Assembly (NCBI GenBank): GCA_965204535.1
Contig: OZ241996.1
Location: forward strand, 1,440,001 to 1,504,000
DNA length: 64,000 nucleotides
Direction of reading: 5' to 3'
Origin: a bacterium
GTDB lineage: Bacteria; UBA8248
Positions 49,348 through 58,277 of this stretch are shown one piece after another. A program made the translations under genes and the position numbers. Under the pieces are notes generated by a model. The model was given only the letters and a program-made list of their open reading frames with translations. It was not told where the DNA came from and did no database searches. Position 1 is the stretch's first letter; every line of letters begins with the position of its first letter.

Positions 49348-49517
49348 GGGGCTGTTGAAAAGCCGGAGAGGGAAAATTAGCTTGTGTGTAGGGGTCGCAT
49401 ATATGCGACCCTGATTTTTTTCACCACCACAAGGGCCGCATATATGCGGCCCCTACAAAAACCGTCCCTTCCCAAGCCGCGTCAAACCCTCGTTAATCCG
49501 GACTTTCTCAACACCCC
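49348..49517. mobile_element. MITE enclosing a REP doublet (family 2), with an extra orphan left end at 49305
   Basis: ggggctgttgaaaa ... tttctcaacacccc; body colinear with 11138-11310; REPs at 49388 and 49433-49456. Confidence 0.8.
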
Positions 49518-50257
49518 CTTCGGGCATGAATCCGCACCGAAACCACAGGACGAAACGGAGCGTGGCCGGAAATTTCCACTTCTCGAAACCCGGCGCCCGC
49601 CAGAAGAGACTCCCATTCGGCCTCCTCGCAAACGCCGCCGAGCGAGGCGTTCCACGCCTGGGGGTCCTGGGCGATCTCGACCGGCAGTTCGCCCTCGCGT
49701 ATCAACTCACGAGCCACGAGGCGCCCGCCCGGCTTCAGGATCCTGTGCACCTCGGCGAGCGCTTTTTGCTTATCTACCGTGAGGTTGAACGACGCGTTGG
49801 CCAGCACGATATCGGCGACCCCGTCCACCAGCGGGAGGCTCTCCATGTCCCCGGCCAATAGATGCAGGCACGCCCCGCTGCGAACTCCCGCAAACGCCTC
49901 GCGCGCGCGGTGAAGCATCTGGGGCGCGAAATCCACCGCGAACAGACTGGCGCCGGCCTCCAGCCTCTCGCTCACGAGGCGCGCGTCGAGTCCCGCGCCG
50001 CATCCGAGCTCCACGACCGTCCGCACACCTTTGAGATCGACCCCATCGAGCAGATACCCGCAACCGCAATAAGAAGACGAAACGCGCTCGGGCAGTCCGT
50101 CGATGAATCGGGCGGGATAGCCCGCACCCCGCGCCCTGCCCGCGCCGCCTTCGGGGAACGCATGCGCCTCGGCCAGATGGGCGTAGCGCTTTCTGACAAA
50201 GGATTTCACCTGCTGCTCCCACGCCCTCGGCTTCGCGCCTTGAACGGTGACGGGCAT
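49508..50257 (-). CDS. Class I SAM methyltransferase, arsenite methyltransferase (ArsM)-like
   Basis: YCGCG, VVELGCGAGLD, N.SFNL..DK, RILKPGG. Confidence 0.8.
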   Translation of the reverse strand: MPVTVQGAKPRAWEQQVKSFVRKRYAHLAEAHAFPEGGAGRARGAGYPARFIDGLPERVSSSYCGCGYLLDGVDLKGVRTVVELGCGAGLDARLVSERLEAGASLFAVDFAPQMLHRAREAFAGVRSGACLHLLAGDMESLPLVDGVADIVLANASFNLTVDKQKALAEVHRILKPGGRLVARELIREGELPVEIAQDPQAWNASLGGVCEEAEWESLLAGAGFREVEISGHAPFRPVVSVRIHARRGC

Positions 50258-50264
50258 GGCCGGC

Positions 50265-51041
50265 CTAGTGGGGCATTTGGGCCGGGTTCCAGAATTCCCC
50301 GGTCCGCACCATCCTGGCGATTCGCTCGCCGTGAGGCATCCAGCCGTTCTCGTTCTTCTTCGCCTGCGCTTCGCAGTCGTACGCCACGCGCTTGGTCTCG
50401 ACGCGCCACTCGCCCCCGCCTTCGTATTCCACGACCGAATAGGCGGGGCGGTAGTCGCCGTCCCAGTTCATGCCCACCGCGGCGGTGCAGACGAGCGTCT
50501 GGCCGTCCACCTCGCGGACGTAGGGGCCATGCACGTGACCGAAGGCCATGATCTCCGCGTCCGTTCCCTTGATCTTCTCTTTCACCTCCTCGTCGGTGAA
50601 CCTCAGGGGAATCGCGTCCTCGATGTCGTCCGGCGTGGCGTGGAAGATATGGAAATCGTGCCCCTTCTCGGGCGTGATCGTCATCGACCACATGAGGCCG
50701 TCGAGATAGTCGATCTGCCCGGCGGAAAGTCGCTCGCGCGTCTTCTTCACCATCTCGTAGAGCCAGACGTGGTGTTCGCTCCTGGGCGGGTCGGTCTCGT
50801 CTTTTCGCTTCGATACCCACCAGTCGAGGTTTCCGGCGAGCACGTCCACGTCCTTGCGCCCCATAAAACGCTCCACCACCTCGGCGGGTTCGGGGCCGAG
50901 CATCACCAGATCGCCGATGACGATCTCGCGGTCCGCGTTTTCCTTCGCCACGGCCTCCTGCACGGCGTCCAGAGGCGCAAGCTGGGCGTGGATGTCGGAA
51001 TACAGAACAATCTTCACGTCATTACCCTTTCCAAGTATCAA
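50265..51041 (-). CDS. Metallophosphoesterase (YfcE-like)
   Basis: SDIH, GDLV, GN, FHA, GHVH motifs; alternative GTG start at 51017. Confidence 0.88.
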   Translation of the reverse strand: MILGKGNDVKIVLYSDIHAQLAPLDAVQEAVAKENADREIVIGDLVMLGPEPAEVVERFMGRKDVDVLAGNLDWWVSKRKDETDPPRSEHHVWLYEMVKKTRERLSAGQIDYLDGLMWSMTITPEKGHDFHIFHATPDDIEDAIPLRFTDEEVKEKIKGTDAEIMAFGHVHGPYVREVDGQTLVCTAAVGMNWDGDYRPAYSVVEYEGGGEWRVETKRVAYDCEAQAKKNENGWMPHGERIARMVRTGEFWNPAQMPH

Positions 51042-51103
51042 AAGAACGGGGCCGCCGCACCCGTTGGCGCGACGACCCCGAGCCTTTGCTTGATGAAGCC
51101 TTA

Positions 51104-52117
51104 TTAAATCTTGCCGGCCTTGGCGAGCGCCGCTTTCGTCACGCTCGTGTCGACGATGTCCTCATAGGAGGGAACCTTGCCCTTGATCTTGCCGAGCCGC
51201 TTCATGTAGTCCGCCGTGAAGGCGACCGATGCCTTGGGGATGCCGTTGTTCACGCCCCAGATTTTCTCCGCCACGAAGACGTCATACGTCTTCGACATGA
51301 TCTCGGGGTTTTTCTTATAGACGGGACGCACCCATTTATTCGCCGATTTGAGGTAGCCCGCCTTGTCCTTGTAGATGGAGCGGTTGGACTGCATCATCGC
51401 CATCGCGAAACGCACGTAGGCGTCCTTGTTCGAGTTGATCTTCGAAGACGACGCGATGAACGCCCCGTAGAAGAAGTTCGGCATGGCCTTCCACAGGTCC
51501 ATCAGCTTGTTGAAGCTGGGCTTTCTCTTCTTGACGACGAGAACCTGCTCGACGTGAATGACCACGGCGTCGGCCTTGCCCTTGAGCAGAAACGGAACGC
51601 GCGCCGGCGGCGGGGTCTTGATGTACTTCACGTCCTTGTCGGTCAGACCGGCGGTCGCCAGCACGGCGAGCGCGCCCAGGTGGCTGTATCCGCCGCGCCC
51701 CTCGATGCCGATGGTCTTGCCCTTGAGGTCGGCGGGTTTCTTCACCTGATCGTTCGCGGCCATCTGCGCCTCGTTCAGGAAGGCCATGGAGTGGAAGAAC
51801 TTCATGCCGCTGCCCTTGGTGATACCCACCATGGCGATCGGCGCCGGCACCCAGGCGGCGTCCAGGCCGCTCTTCTTGCTCGTGATCGCCCGGTGCGTGG
51901 CGACGCCGCCGCGGAAGAATTTGATCTCCACGTCGAGGCCGTGTTTCTTGAAGATATCGTTATCGAGCGCGTAGAACACCGGCAGGTGCACCATGACCGG
52001 CGGACGCACGGGCATGCCGAGCACTATCTTGTCGGCGGCGACGGACTGCGCCGGCGCACTCCACACCGCTGCGGCGAGCACGAACGCCGCGACCAATACC
52101 ATCCACGTCTTTTTCAT
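51104..52117 (-). CDS. ABC transporter substrate-binding protein (NitT/TauT/SsuA-like)
   Basis: Signal peptide, F.KHGLDVE, DLKGKTIG; operon context. Confidence 0.88.
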   Translation of the reverse strand: MKKTWMVLVAAFVLAAAVWSAPAQSVAADKIVLGMPVRPPVMVHLPVFYALDNDIFKKHGLDVEIKFFRGGVATHRAITSKKSGLDAAWVPAPIAMVGITKGSGMKFFHSMAFLNEAQMAANDQVKKPADLKGKTIGIEGRGGYSHLGALAVLATAGLTDKDVKYIKTPPPARVPFLLKGKADAVVIHVEQVLVVKKRKPSFNKLMDLWKAMPNFFYGAFIASSSKINSNKDAYVRFAMAMMQSNRSIYKDKAGYLKSANKWVRPVYKKNPEIMSKTYDVFVAEKIWGVNNGIPKASVAFTADYMKRLGKIKGKVPSYEDIVDTSVTKAALAKAGKI

Positions 52118-52170
52118 TTCGAACTCCTTAAAAAGAAAGGAAAATAGATTTTCCGGCAAGACGCCCGCCA

Positions 52171-52995
52171 TCAGGACTCCTGCCGAACCCTCCAGGATGA
52201 AAACTTCGTTTCACAGATGTTCACCACTTTCGTTAAAGCTATACCGACTACCATCAACAAGACAACAGGCGCGAGGCCCTTGTCCAGTTCCAGATCCGCA
52301 ATGTAGTCCTGGCTCAGTGCGCCCAGGCCCGAGATGCTCATCAGAAACTCGGCCACGACCATGCCCACCAGGGCGCGCCCGCACGCGAGTCCCAGTCCCG
52401 CGACGAGATAGGGGACCACGCTCGGGAAAATCAGGTCCCGCCAGCGCTGGCCCTCCGTGGAGCAGAACGAGCGCGTCACCTCGAGGAGCGAGAGATCCAC
52501 GTTCCGCACGCCGTGGTAGACGTTCACGATGATCGGCATGATGGCGAAGAAGACGACGATGGTCGTCTTGCCGACGAAGTCGACGCCAAGGACCATGGCT
52601 ATCGGGAACGCCAGCGCGACCACCGGCGTGGCGTAGAGGGCGAACACATAGGTGTCCACGGCGTACTCGAATATCTGGAAGCGCCCCATGAGAATCCCCA
52701 GCACGATGCCGAGGGGAATCGCGATGAGCAGGCCCGCCACCAGGATTTGAGAACTCTCATACGCGGCGGCTGTCATCTGGCCGCTGGCGATCAAATCCCA
52801 GAACGCAACGCATATGGCGCTCGGGTAGCTGAAAGTGACCGGGTCGATGTTCCCGGTCTGTCCCATCAGTTCCCACCCGCCGATGACAACGACGAGCGAT
52901 ATCAAGCGCACGTATACGGCGGGTTCCTTGATGCGCTCCCAGAACGCCTTCTCATCCCTCGATATGCCTGTTGCCGCCGGGGCGTCGGTAGCCAA
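52171..52995 (-). CDS. ABC transporter permease (NitT/TauT type)
   Basis: Six TM segments, EAA-like loop, VVAEF....GLG. Confidence 0.9.
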   Translation of the reverse strand: MATDAPAATGISRDEKAFWERIKEPAVYVRLISLVVVIGGWELMGQTGNIDPVTFSYPSAICVAFWDLIASGQMTAAAYESSQILVAGLLIAIPLGIVLGILMGRFQIFEYAVDTYVFALYATPVVALAFPIAMVLGVDFVGKTTIVVFFAIMPIIVNVYHGVRNVDLSLLEVTRSFCSTEGQRWRDLIFPSVVPYLVAGLGLACGRALVGMVVAEFLMSISGLGALSQDYIADLELDKGLAPVVLLMVVGIALTKVVNICETKFSSWRVRQES

Positions 52996-53008
52996 AGATG
53001 GATGCCTC

Positions 53009-53818
53009 CTATTCCAGGGCGAGTTCGGGGACGGGCTCGGGTTCCACCTCGGGGTTGCGCATCGCTTCCCAGAGGTAATGGCGCAGCGCCTGAAAGCGCT
53101 TGCCGCCCCTGATTTCCTCCAAGTCCCTGCCGCGGCCGAAGCCGGTTTCGAACTGAAAGCGTATTCTCCCCGGGCGCGGCGTCATCACCAGAACGCGGTC
53201 GCCGAGGAGGAGCGCCTCATCGATGCTGTGGGTGATGAAGATCATCGCCTTGGGCTCCGCCTCGTTGATGCGCAGCAACTCCTCCTGCAGGGTTTCGCGC
53301 GTCAGCGCATCGAGAGCGCCGAAGGGCTCATCCATGAGCAAAACGTCGGGCTGGGCGGCGAGCGCCCGCGCCAGGCCCGCTCGTTGCTGCATCCCGCCCG
53401 AAAGCTGGGAGGGGTAGTTCGCCTCGAAACCGCCCAGGCCCACCAGTTCCGTGTAGTGGCTCACGAGGCGGTCGATTTCGCCCTTCTCCCTGCCCTGTAT
53501 CCTGAGCGCGTAGCCGATGTTCTGATCCAGGCGTTTCCAGGGGAAGAGGCCGAAATTCTGGAACACCATGGCCATCTCGGGCCTCGGGCCGTCCACCGCC
53601 TCGCCCTTGAAGGAAACCTCGCCCCTCTCGCAGAGAATGAGCCCGTTCACGATGCGAAGAAGCGTCGTCTTCCCGCATCCGCTGGGGCCCAGGATCGTCA
53701 GAATCTCCTGCGTCTTCACGTCGATGTCGATGTCATCGAGCACATGCAGGGAGCCGAACCATTTCCCCACTCCCTGGAGGCGCAGCGTCGGATTCGTGCC
53801 GTTGTCGGATGAGGACAT
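53009..53818 (-). CDS. ABC transporter ATP-binding protein (NitT/TauT type)
   Basis: GPSGCGKT, LSGGMQQR, MDEPFGALD, ITHSIDEA. Confidence 0.93.
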   Translation of the reverse strand: MSSSDNGTNPTLRLQGVGKWFGSLHVLDDIDIDVKTQEILTILGPSGCGKTTLLRIVNGLILCERGEVSFKGEAVDGPRPEMAMVFQNFGLFPWKRLDQNIGYALRIQGREKGEIDRLVSHYTELVGLGGFEANYPSQLSGGMQQRAGLARALAAQPDVLLMDEPFGALDALTRETLQEELLRINEAEPKAMIFITHSIDEALLLGDRVLVMTPRPGRIRFQFETGFGRGRDLEEIRGGKRFQALRHYLWEAMRNPEVEPEPVPELALE

Positions 53819-54024
53819 GGATACGAGGGTTCCTGTCGAGAAAGCGGCCCGATGCGCTTCGTTCGGATGGCGTAACGATTCACCGCGCGAATGAGGGCCA
53901 CAGGTCAGACGTATCATGAAAAACGCGACGCCCGCTCACCATCCGGAAGCGATTCAATAGTTTTGCGAGACTAGCATTCTTTAGATGAAGCGGCAAATAT
54001 GGGGTTTTGCACCCGCCCCCTGCC

Positions 54025-54417
54025 CTACTCCTCACCGATGACGGCGATGGCCTGTATCTCGACCATCATCTCGGGCTTTGCGAAACCCGCCGCCGTGATC
54101 AACGCGCTGCCCGGAAATCCATCGGGAAAATACTGCTTTCTGAGCTCGACGAACCTGTCCCCGTTCGCCCCGTCGAGGATGAACACCGTCATCGTCACGA
54201 TGTCCTGCAGCTTCCCGCCCGCACGCTCCAGGGTGCGCTCTATCTGGCGAAACGTGGCGTGCACCTGCGCGTCGAAATCCCCCGCCAGCACGTTCCCCCG
54301 CTCATCGCGCCACATCCCCACGCCGGCCAGCCAGACGTGCTCGCCGCCTTTCGTCTTGACCGCAGGCGAAAAAGAACGATCCTGCTGCCAGGTGCCCTTG
54401 AAATACTCTCGCGTCAT
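54025..54417 (-). CDS. RidA/YjgF family protein
   Basis: FSPAV, Q....F..I...L..AG, VEIQAIA. Confidence 0.85.
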   Translation of the reverse strand: MTREYFKGTWQQDRSFSPAVKTKGGEHVWLAGVGMWRDERGNVLAGDFDAQVHATFRQIERTLERAGGKLQDIVTMTVFILDGANGDRFVELRKQYFPDGFPGSALITAAGFAKPEMMVEIQAIAVIGEE

Positions 54418-55643
54418 TTTGTCTCCTTCCTCGGGTTATCGGATATCTGCTTTTTGCCTCTTAATTGCGCTGACGTTGAAACGGCCAGCCAACTCATGAT
54501 CGCAAAACAAAAATAGCTCGCATCCAGATTTACCTGCCCGGCGAGCCAGCCGCCCAGCAAGGGAGCGAGAAAACTCAAGCCGTGGCAGGTATAGATAAAG
54601 CCGACGGATGAAGCCAGAATATCTTTTTCCGAGAAATCCGCCGCCGCGGTGAGGATAATCGGGCTTACGAACCCGACGACGCCGGTCAATGCGGACAGAA
54701 TATAAAAACCCGTTTGCCATCCCATGAACGGCAGGGCGAGAACGAAGACCCCCAGCAGCGTCATCGGCCAGAACAGGGCCGCTCTCGCGCCCCAGCGGTT
54801 ATACAGGATGCCCATCAGCGGTTTGGCCAACATGCCGAAACCGAAATGGAGCGACACGGCCACGCCGATTTGCGCCGTGGTCATCCCCAGCTTCGAGGTC
54901 GCGAGTAAGGGGAGAAACCCTATCATCCCCTTGGTGCACATGCTGCGCAAGGTGTAGGTCGCCGCCAGCCACACCGTGTTCCTGTTCTCTACGACCCGCT
55001 TGATGATGGAGAAAACTTTCAATTCCGCCGCTTTCCCCGCCTCACGTTCGATCCCGCTCTTTCCCTCAACAAACCGTGCGTTCACCAGGGGGAGGAGCGC
55101 AATGGCCGGCGCCGCGCAGGCGCCGACCGCCGCGCGCCAGCCCGCCATCGCCGCCACGGCCGCCTGGGCCAGCGGAAGGATGCTGGTTCCCAGGTTGCCG
55201 CCCAGGCTGTGCCAAGAAATAGCGAATGCGCGGTCGCGCTCGAAGCGATTCGCCGCCAGGGCCGTTCCGCACGGGTGGTAGACGGAATTTCCCGCCCCCG
55301 CCAGAAACGCCAGGGCGCACATCGGCAAGAAGCGGCTCACCCACATCATCGCAATGAAAGACGCGGCGGAGAGGCCCATGCCCGCCAGGAGTATCAGCTT
55401 TCTTCTGCCTGTATTATCCGCCAGTATGGAGAGCGGGTATTGGAAGATCATCTGCCCCAGACTGAAAGTGCTGAGCAAAACCCCCACTTCGAAGGGTGAC
55501 AGGTCGAGATCCATGACGATGAGCGCAAGAACGGGAACGAGCATGTTGGAGAACCCGTCGCTCAACCCGTGGGTCAAGCCGATGACGCTCAGATCGAAAT
55601 AATCACCGAATCTCCAGGCAGGCTTTTCCACATGAGAGGTCAT
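54414..55643 (-). CDS. MFS transporter
   Basis: About 12 TM segments, LAD..GRR, GNSVYHP. Confidence 0.88.
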   Translation of the reverse strand: MTSHVEKPAWRFGDYFDLSVIGLTHGLSDGFSNMLVPVLALIVMDLDLSPFEVGVLLSTFSLGQMIFQYPLSILADNTGRRKLILLAGMGLSAASFIAMMWVSRFLPMCALAFLAGAGNSVYHPCGTALAANRFERDRAFAISWHSLGGNLGTSILPLAQAAVAAMAGWRAAVGACAAPAIALLPLVNARFVEGKSGIEREAGKAAELKVFSIIKRVVENRNTVWLAATYTLRSMCTKGMIGFLPLLATSKLGMTTAQIGVAVSLHFGFGMLAKPLMGILYNRWGARAALFWPMTLLGVFVLALPFMGWQTGFYILSALTGVVGFVSPIILTAAADFSEKDILASSVGFIYTCHGLSFLAPLLGGWLAGQVNLDASYFCFAIMSWLAVSTSAQLRGKKQISDNPRKETK

Positions 55644-56635
55644 TACGAAGCGGGCAGGTCTCGCCAGGCGGGAATGATTCCTCCGCCGTCGGCTTCCATG
55701 ACCGCGCGGCAAATCGCATGGCCGGCGGCCTCAATCGCCGCCGCCCCGACGACGTCGAGGGCCGCCTCGCGGTCCCCGCAAGAGAGGGCGAAGACCATGT
55801 CTCCATCCACAGTGGTGTAGGATGGGCGCACCGTTCGGATGAGTCCGTTCGCCGCCAACTGGGCGAGTTTGTGCGTTTCGGTTTTTGTGAGGCGGGCGTT
55901 CGTCGCCACGGCGACCAGCGTCGTATTCTCGGAGGTGTTGGAGAATCCCTCGAAAGGCCGCCCGTGGATCCTCAGGTGTTCTTCTGTATTCACGATTCCC
56001 TGCTCGGGGGCCATCGCTCTGGGACCTGCGACGGGTTTTCCCGTCCCCGGCTCGTACACGCCGCCAAAGGCGTTCACCGCGGCGATAGCGCCGACGACGC
56101 CGCCTCCCGGGAGTTTCACGCTCGCCGTGCCGAGGCCGCCCTTCATGGCGCGCTCCTGGCCGAAGAGTTTCCCGACCGTGGCGCCCGCTCCTCCGCCCAC
56201 GCTCCCCTGGGGACCTTCCTCGTTCGAGGCCGCCTCGCACGCGGCGCGCCCCATCGCGGCGTCCGGGCGGACGCGGCCGTCGCCGAAATGGAGATCGAAC
56301 AGCACGCCGGCGGCGACCGTGGGCACGTTGAAGAGGCCGGTAGGGAACCCCCTGCCCTGCTCCTCCAGAAAAGCCATGACGCCCTCGGCAGAAGCCAGGC
56401 CGAACGCGCTGCCTCCCGTCAGAACGATGGCGTCCACGCCTCCGACCAGGTGCTCGGCGCGCAGCGCATCCATCCCGCGCGTGGCCGTCGCCGTGCCGCG
56501 CAATTCGCACGCCCCGACCGTTCCGGGGGGGCAAAGCACCACGGAGACGCCCGTTCTCGCCGCCTCATCTTGCGCGTGGCCGAGATAAAAGCCCGGCACG
56601 TCGGTTATGCAGCCTTTGAGGTCAGAGAGTTTCAG
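55643..56635 (-). CDS. P1/DmpA (S58) family aminopeptidase, probable CTG start
   Basis: ITDVPGF..GH, GGSAFGL, G.VG.GAGA, NTTL..VATNA, DGD..F motifs. Confidence 0.88.
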   Translation of the reverse strand: MKLSDLKGCITDVPGFYLGHAQDEAARTGVSVVLCPPGTVGACELRGTATATRGMDALRAEHLVGGVDAIVLTGGSAFGLASAEGVMAFLEEQGRGFPTGLFNVPTVAAGVLFDLHFGDGRVRPDAAMGRAACEAASNEEGPQGSVGGGAGATVGKLFGQERAMKGGLGTASVKLPGGGVVGAIAAVNAFGGVYEPGTGKPVAGPRAMAPEQGIVNTEEHLRIHGRPFEGFSNTSENTTLVAVATNARLTKTETHKLAQLAANGLIRTVRPSYTTVDGDMVFALSCGDREAALDVVGAAAIEAAGHAICRAVMEADGGGIIPAWRDLPAS

Positions 56636-56676
56636 AGGGGAGACTCCTCGTTTCTTCGGGCATCCATCTACCCGCT

Positions 56677-57333
56677 CTAGTCCGCGACAGGAAGCTCGCC
56701 GGACGGGCGGCCGGGCAATTCGCCGGTCTCCAGGATGCTGTCGATGACGTATCTGTATTGTTCCGCAGGCACCGCGCCGACCATCACCGCTTTGTCGTTC
56801 ACGACGACGGAGGGAATGCCAGTGATCCCCAAATTCGTGGCCTCCATGTATTCCTTGGCGGCCTTTTCCTTCAAACCCCCGCTCTCGAGAGCGTCGCGGT
56901 ATCTGTCCATGTCCAGCCCGCTTTCCTCGGCCACGTCGCTCACCACTTCCGGGTCCGAGATGTTGCGGTTATCCGTGAAGAAGGCGGCCAGAAGGTTGTC
57001 GTGGAATTTCTCCCACTCCTCAGACCCCTGGAATCTCGCCGCCAGCCCGGCTTCCGCAGACGGCATCGAGCAGTTCGGAAACGCCTCCTCGCTCTCCCAC
57101 GGGGTGAAATCGCCGGAATCGGGCTGTGAGTTCGCATTATTCCAGTGGTTTCTGCGGTAATCGTTGAACACCGCCGTGGGGTCGGGCTCGGGCCGAAGCA
57201 TAAATACCCTGTACTGGATGTCTACTTTATCGCCGTATTCTTCCTTAATCTTCTTCAGGCGCACGGCCGAGTTGAAGCACCAGGGTCACAAAAAATCGCT
57301 GTAAACGGTGAATCGCACAGGGGCGTTATCCAT
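56677..57333 (-). CDS. DsbA/FrnE family putative selenoprotein (in-frame UGA at 57286-57288)
   Basis: ATG at 57333 after an AGGAG RBS gives MDNAPVRFTVYSDFL-U-PWCFNSAVRLKK, in frame with the 195-aa ORF; cis-Pro motif GITGIP. Confidence 0.9.
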
Positions 57334-57389
57334 TATCTCTCTCCTTTGGCTCCGGGAGGATGCGACGGAGCCGGTTGATGAACGGCAGT

Positions 57390-58277
57390 CTATAGTCTCA
57401 TGTGCCGCATATGCACTTTTACTTTCTCGCCGACCTCCGCTTCCAGGAACTGCGCGGCATTTCCTTCGGGCACGAATATCTCGAGCCGCGTCCAGCTGTT
57501 GAACTGCGCCCCGAGTTCGCCCGCCTTCACCGCCTGGTAGTATTCGCTGACCCCGTTGATCGCGTGGCCGCCGATTTCGATGATCGGCAAATGCGCGGCG
57601 TCGTCCTCTCCATACTCGAAACGCCAGAAAGTCGTGGTGTCGATGTTCGTCACCAGGTTCCCGTAATGATCGACGTATATCACCTCGCCGGTGATGGTGT
57701 CGGCGTCCTCGAATTCCACCAAGGGAAAATCGAAGCGAACCGGGTCGGTGATGATGGAGCCGAAATCCTCGGGCGGAACCCCGCAGGAGAGATGCCCCGC
57801 AACGGGTGCGAAGATGTCCCTGCCGTGGAAGGTGGAGCTCACCTCGTTCAGGAAAAATGCGTCTTCTTCGAGTTCTCTCGTCCAGATGTAGAGCGGGTCG
57901 TCATACACGCAGGAGAACAGGCCGTTGTCCGGCCCCACGAAATAGTAGTTTTCCGTGGCGGCCATGACTCCCCTCCGGCTGCTGCCCACGCCCGGGTCCA
58001 CGACCGCCACGTGAATCGTCCCGCGCGGAAAATAATGCGCCGAGGAATCCAGGATCAACGACGCGGCCTTCACGTCGTACGGCTTGACGGAATGCGAAAT
58101 ATCGACGATGCGGGCCACCGGGTTTACCGCCATCACGACGCCCTTCATCACGCCGACGTAGTGCTCATCGCTGCCGAAATCCGTGAGGAGCGTAACTATC
58201 GGCTGCGCGTCGCTTTCCTCTTCGAAATCGGGCGCGCCCTCGTGAAAAGGATTCGGGCGCGATTGATCGTCCGTCAT
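57390..58277 (-). CDS. DUF62 family SAM hydroxide adenosyltransferase (SAM hydrolase/halogenase fold)
   Basis: LLTDFG, VVDPGVG, GPDNG, STFHGRDIFAP, D.YGNL.TN. Confidence 0.9.
   Translation of the reverse strand: MTDDQSRPNPFHEGAPDFEEESDAQPIVTLLTDFGSDEHYVGVMKGVVMAVNPVARIVDISHSVKPYDVKAASLILDSSAHYFPRGTIHVAVVDPGVGSSRRGVMAATENYYFVGPDNGLFSCVYDDPLYIWTRELEEDAFFLNEVSSTFHGRDIFAPVAGHLSCGVPPEDFGSIITDPVRFDFPLVEFEDADTITGEVIYVDHYGNLVTNIDTTTFWRFEYGEDDAAHLPIIEIGGHAINGVSEYYQAVKAGELGAQFNSWTRLEIFVPEGNAAQFLEAEVGEKVKVHMRHMRL

Noticed and set aside
49508-49510. TGA after Cys at the end of the ArsM-like gene as possible selenocysteine
   Set aside because: The TGA belongs to the MITE terminus, readthrough enters repeat DNA, and the domain is already complete
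57390-58277. Fluorinase or chlorinase
   Set aside because: Has the D...HGRD pattern of the widespread DUF62 hydroxide adenosyltransferases, and no biosynthetic cluster context
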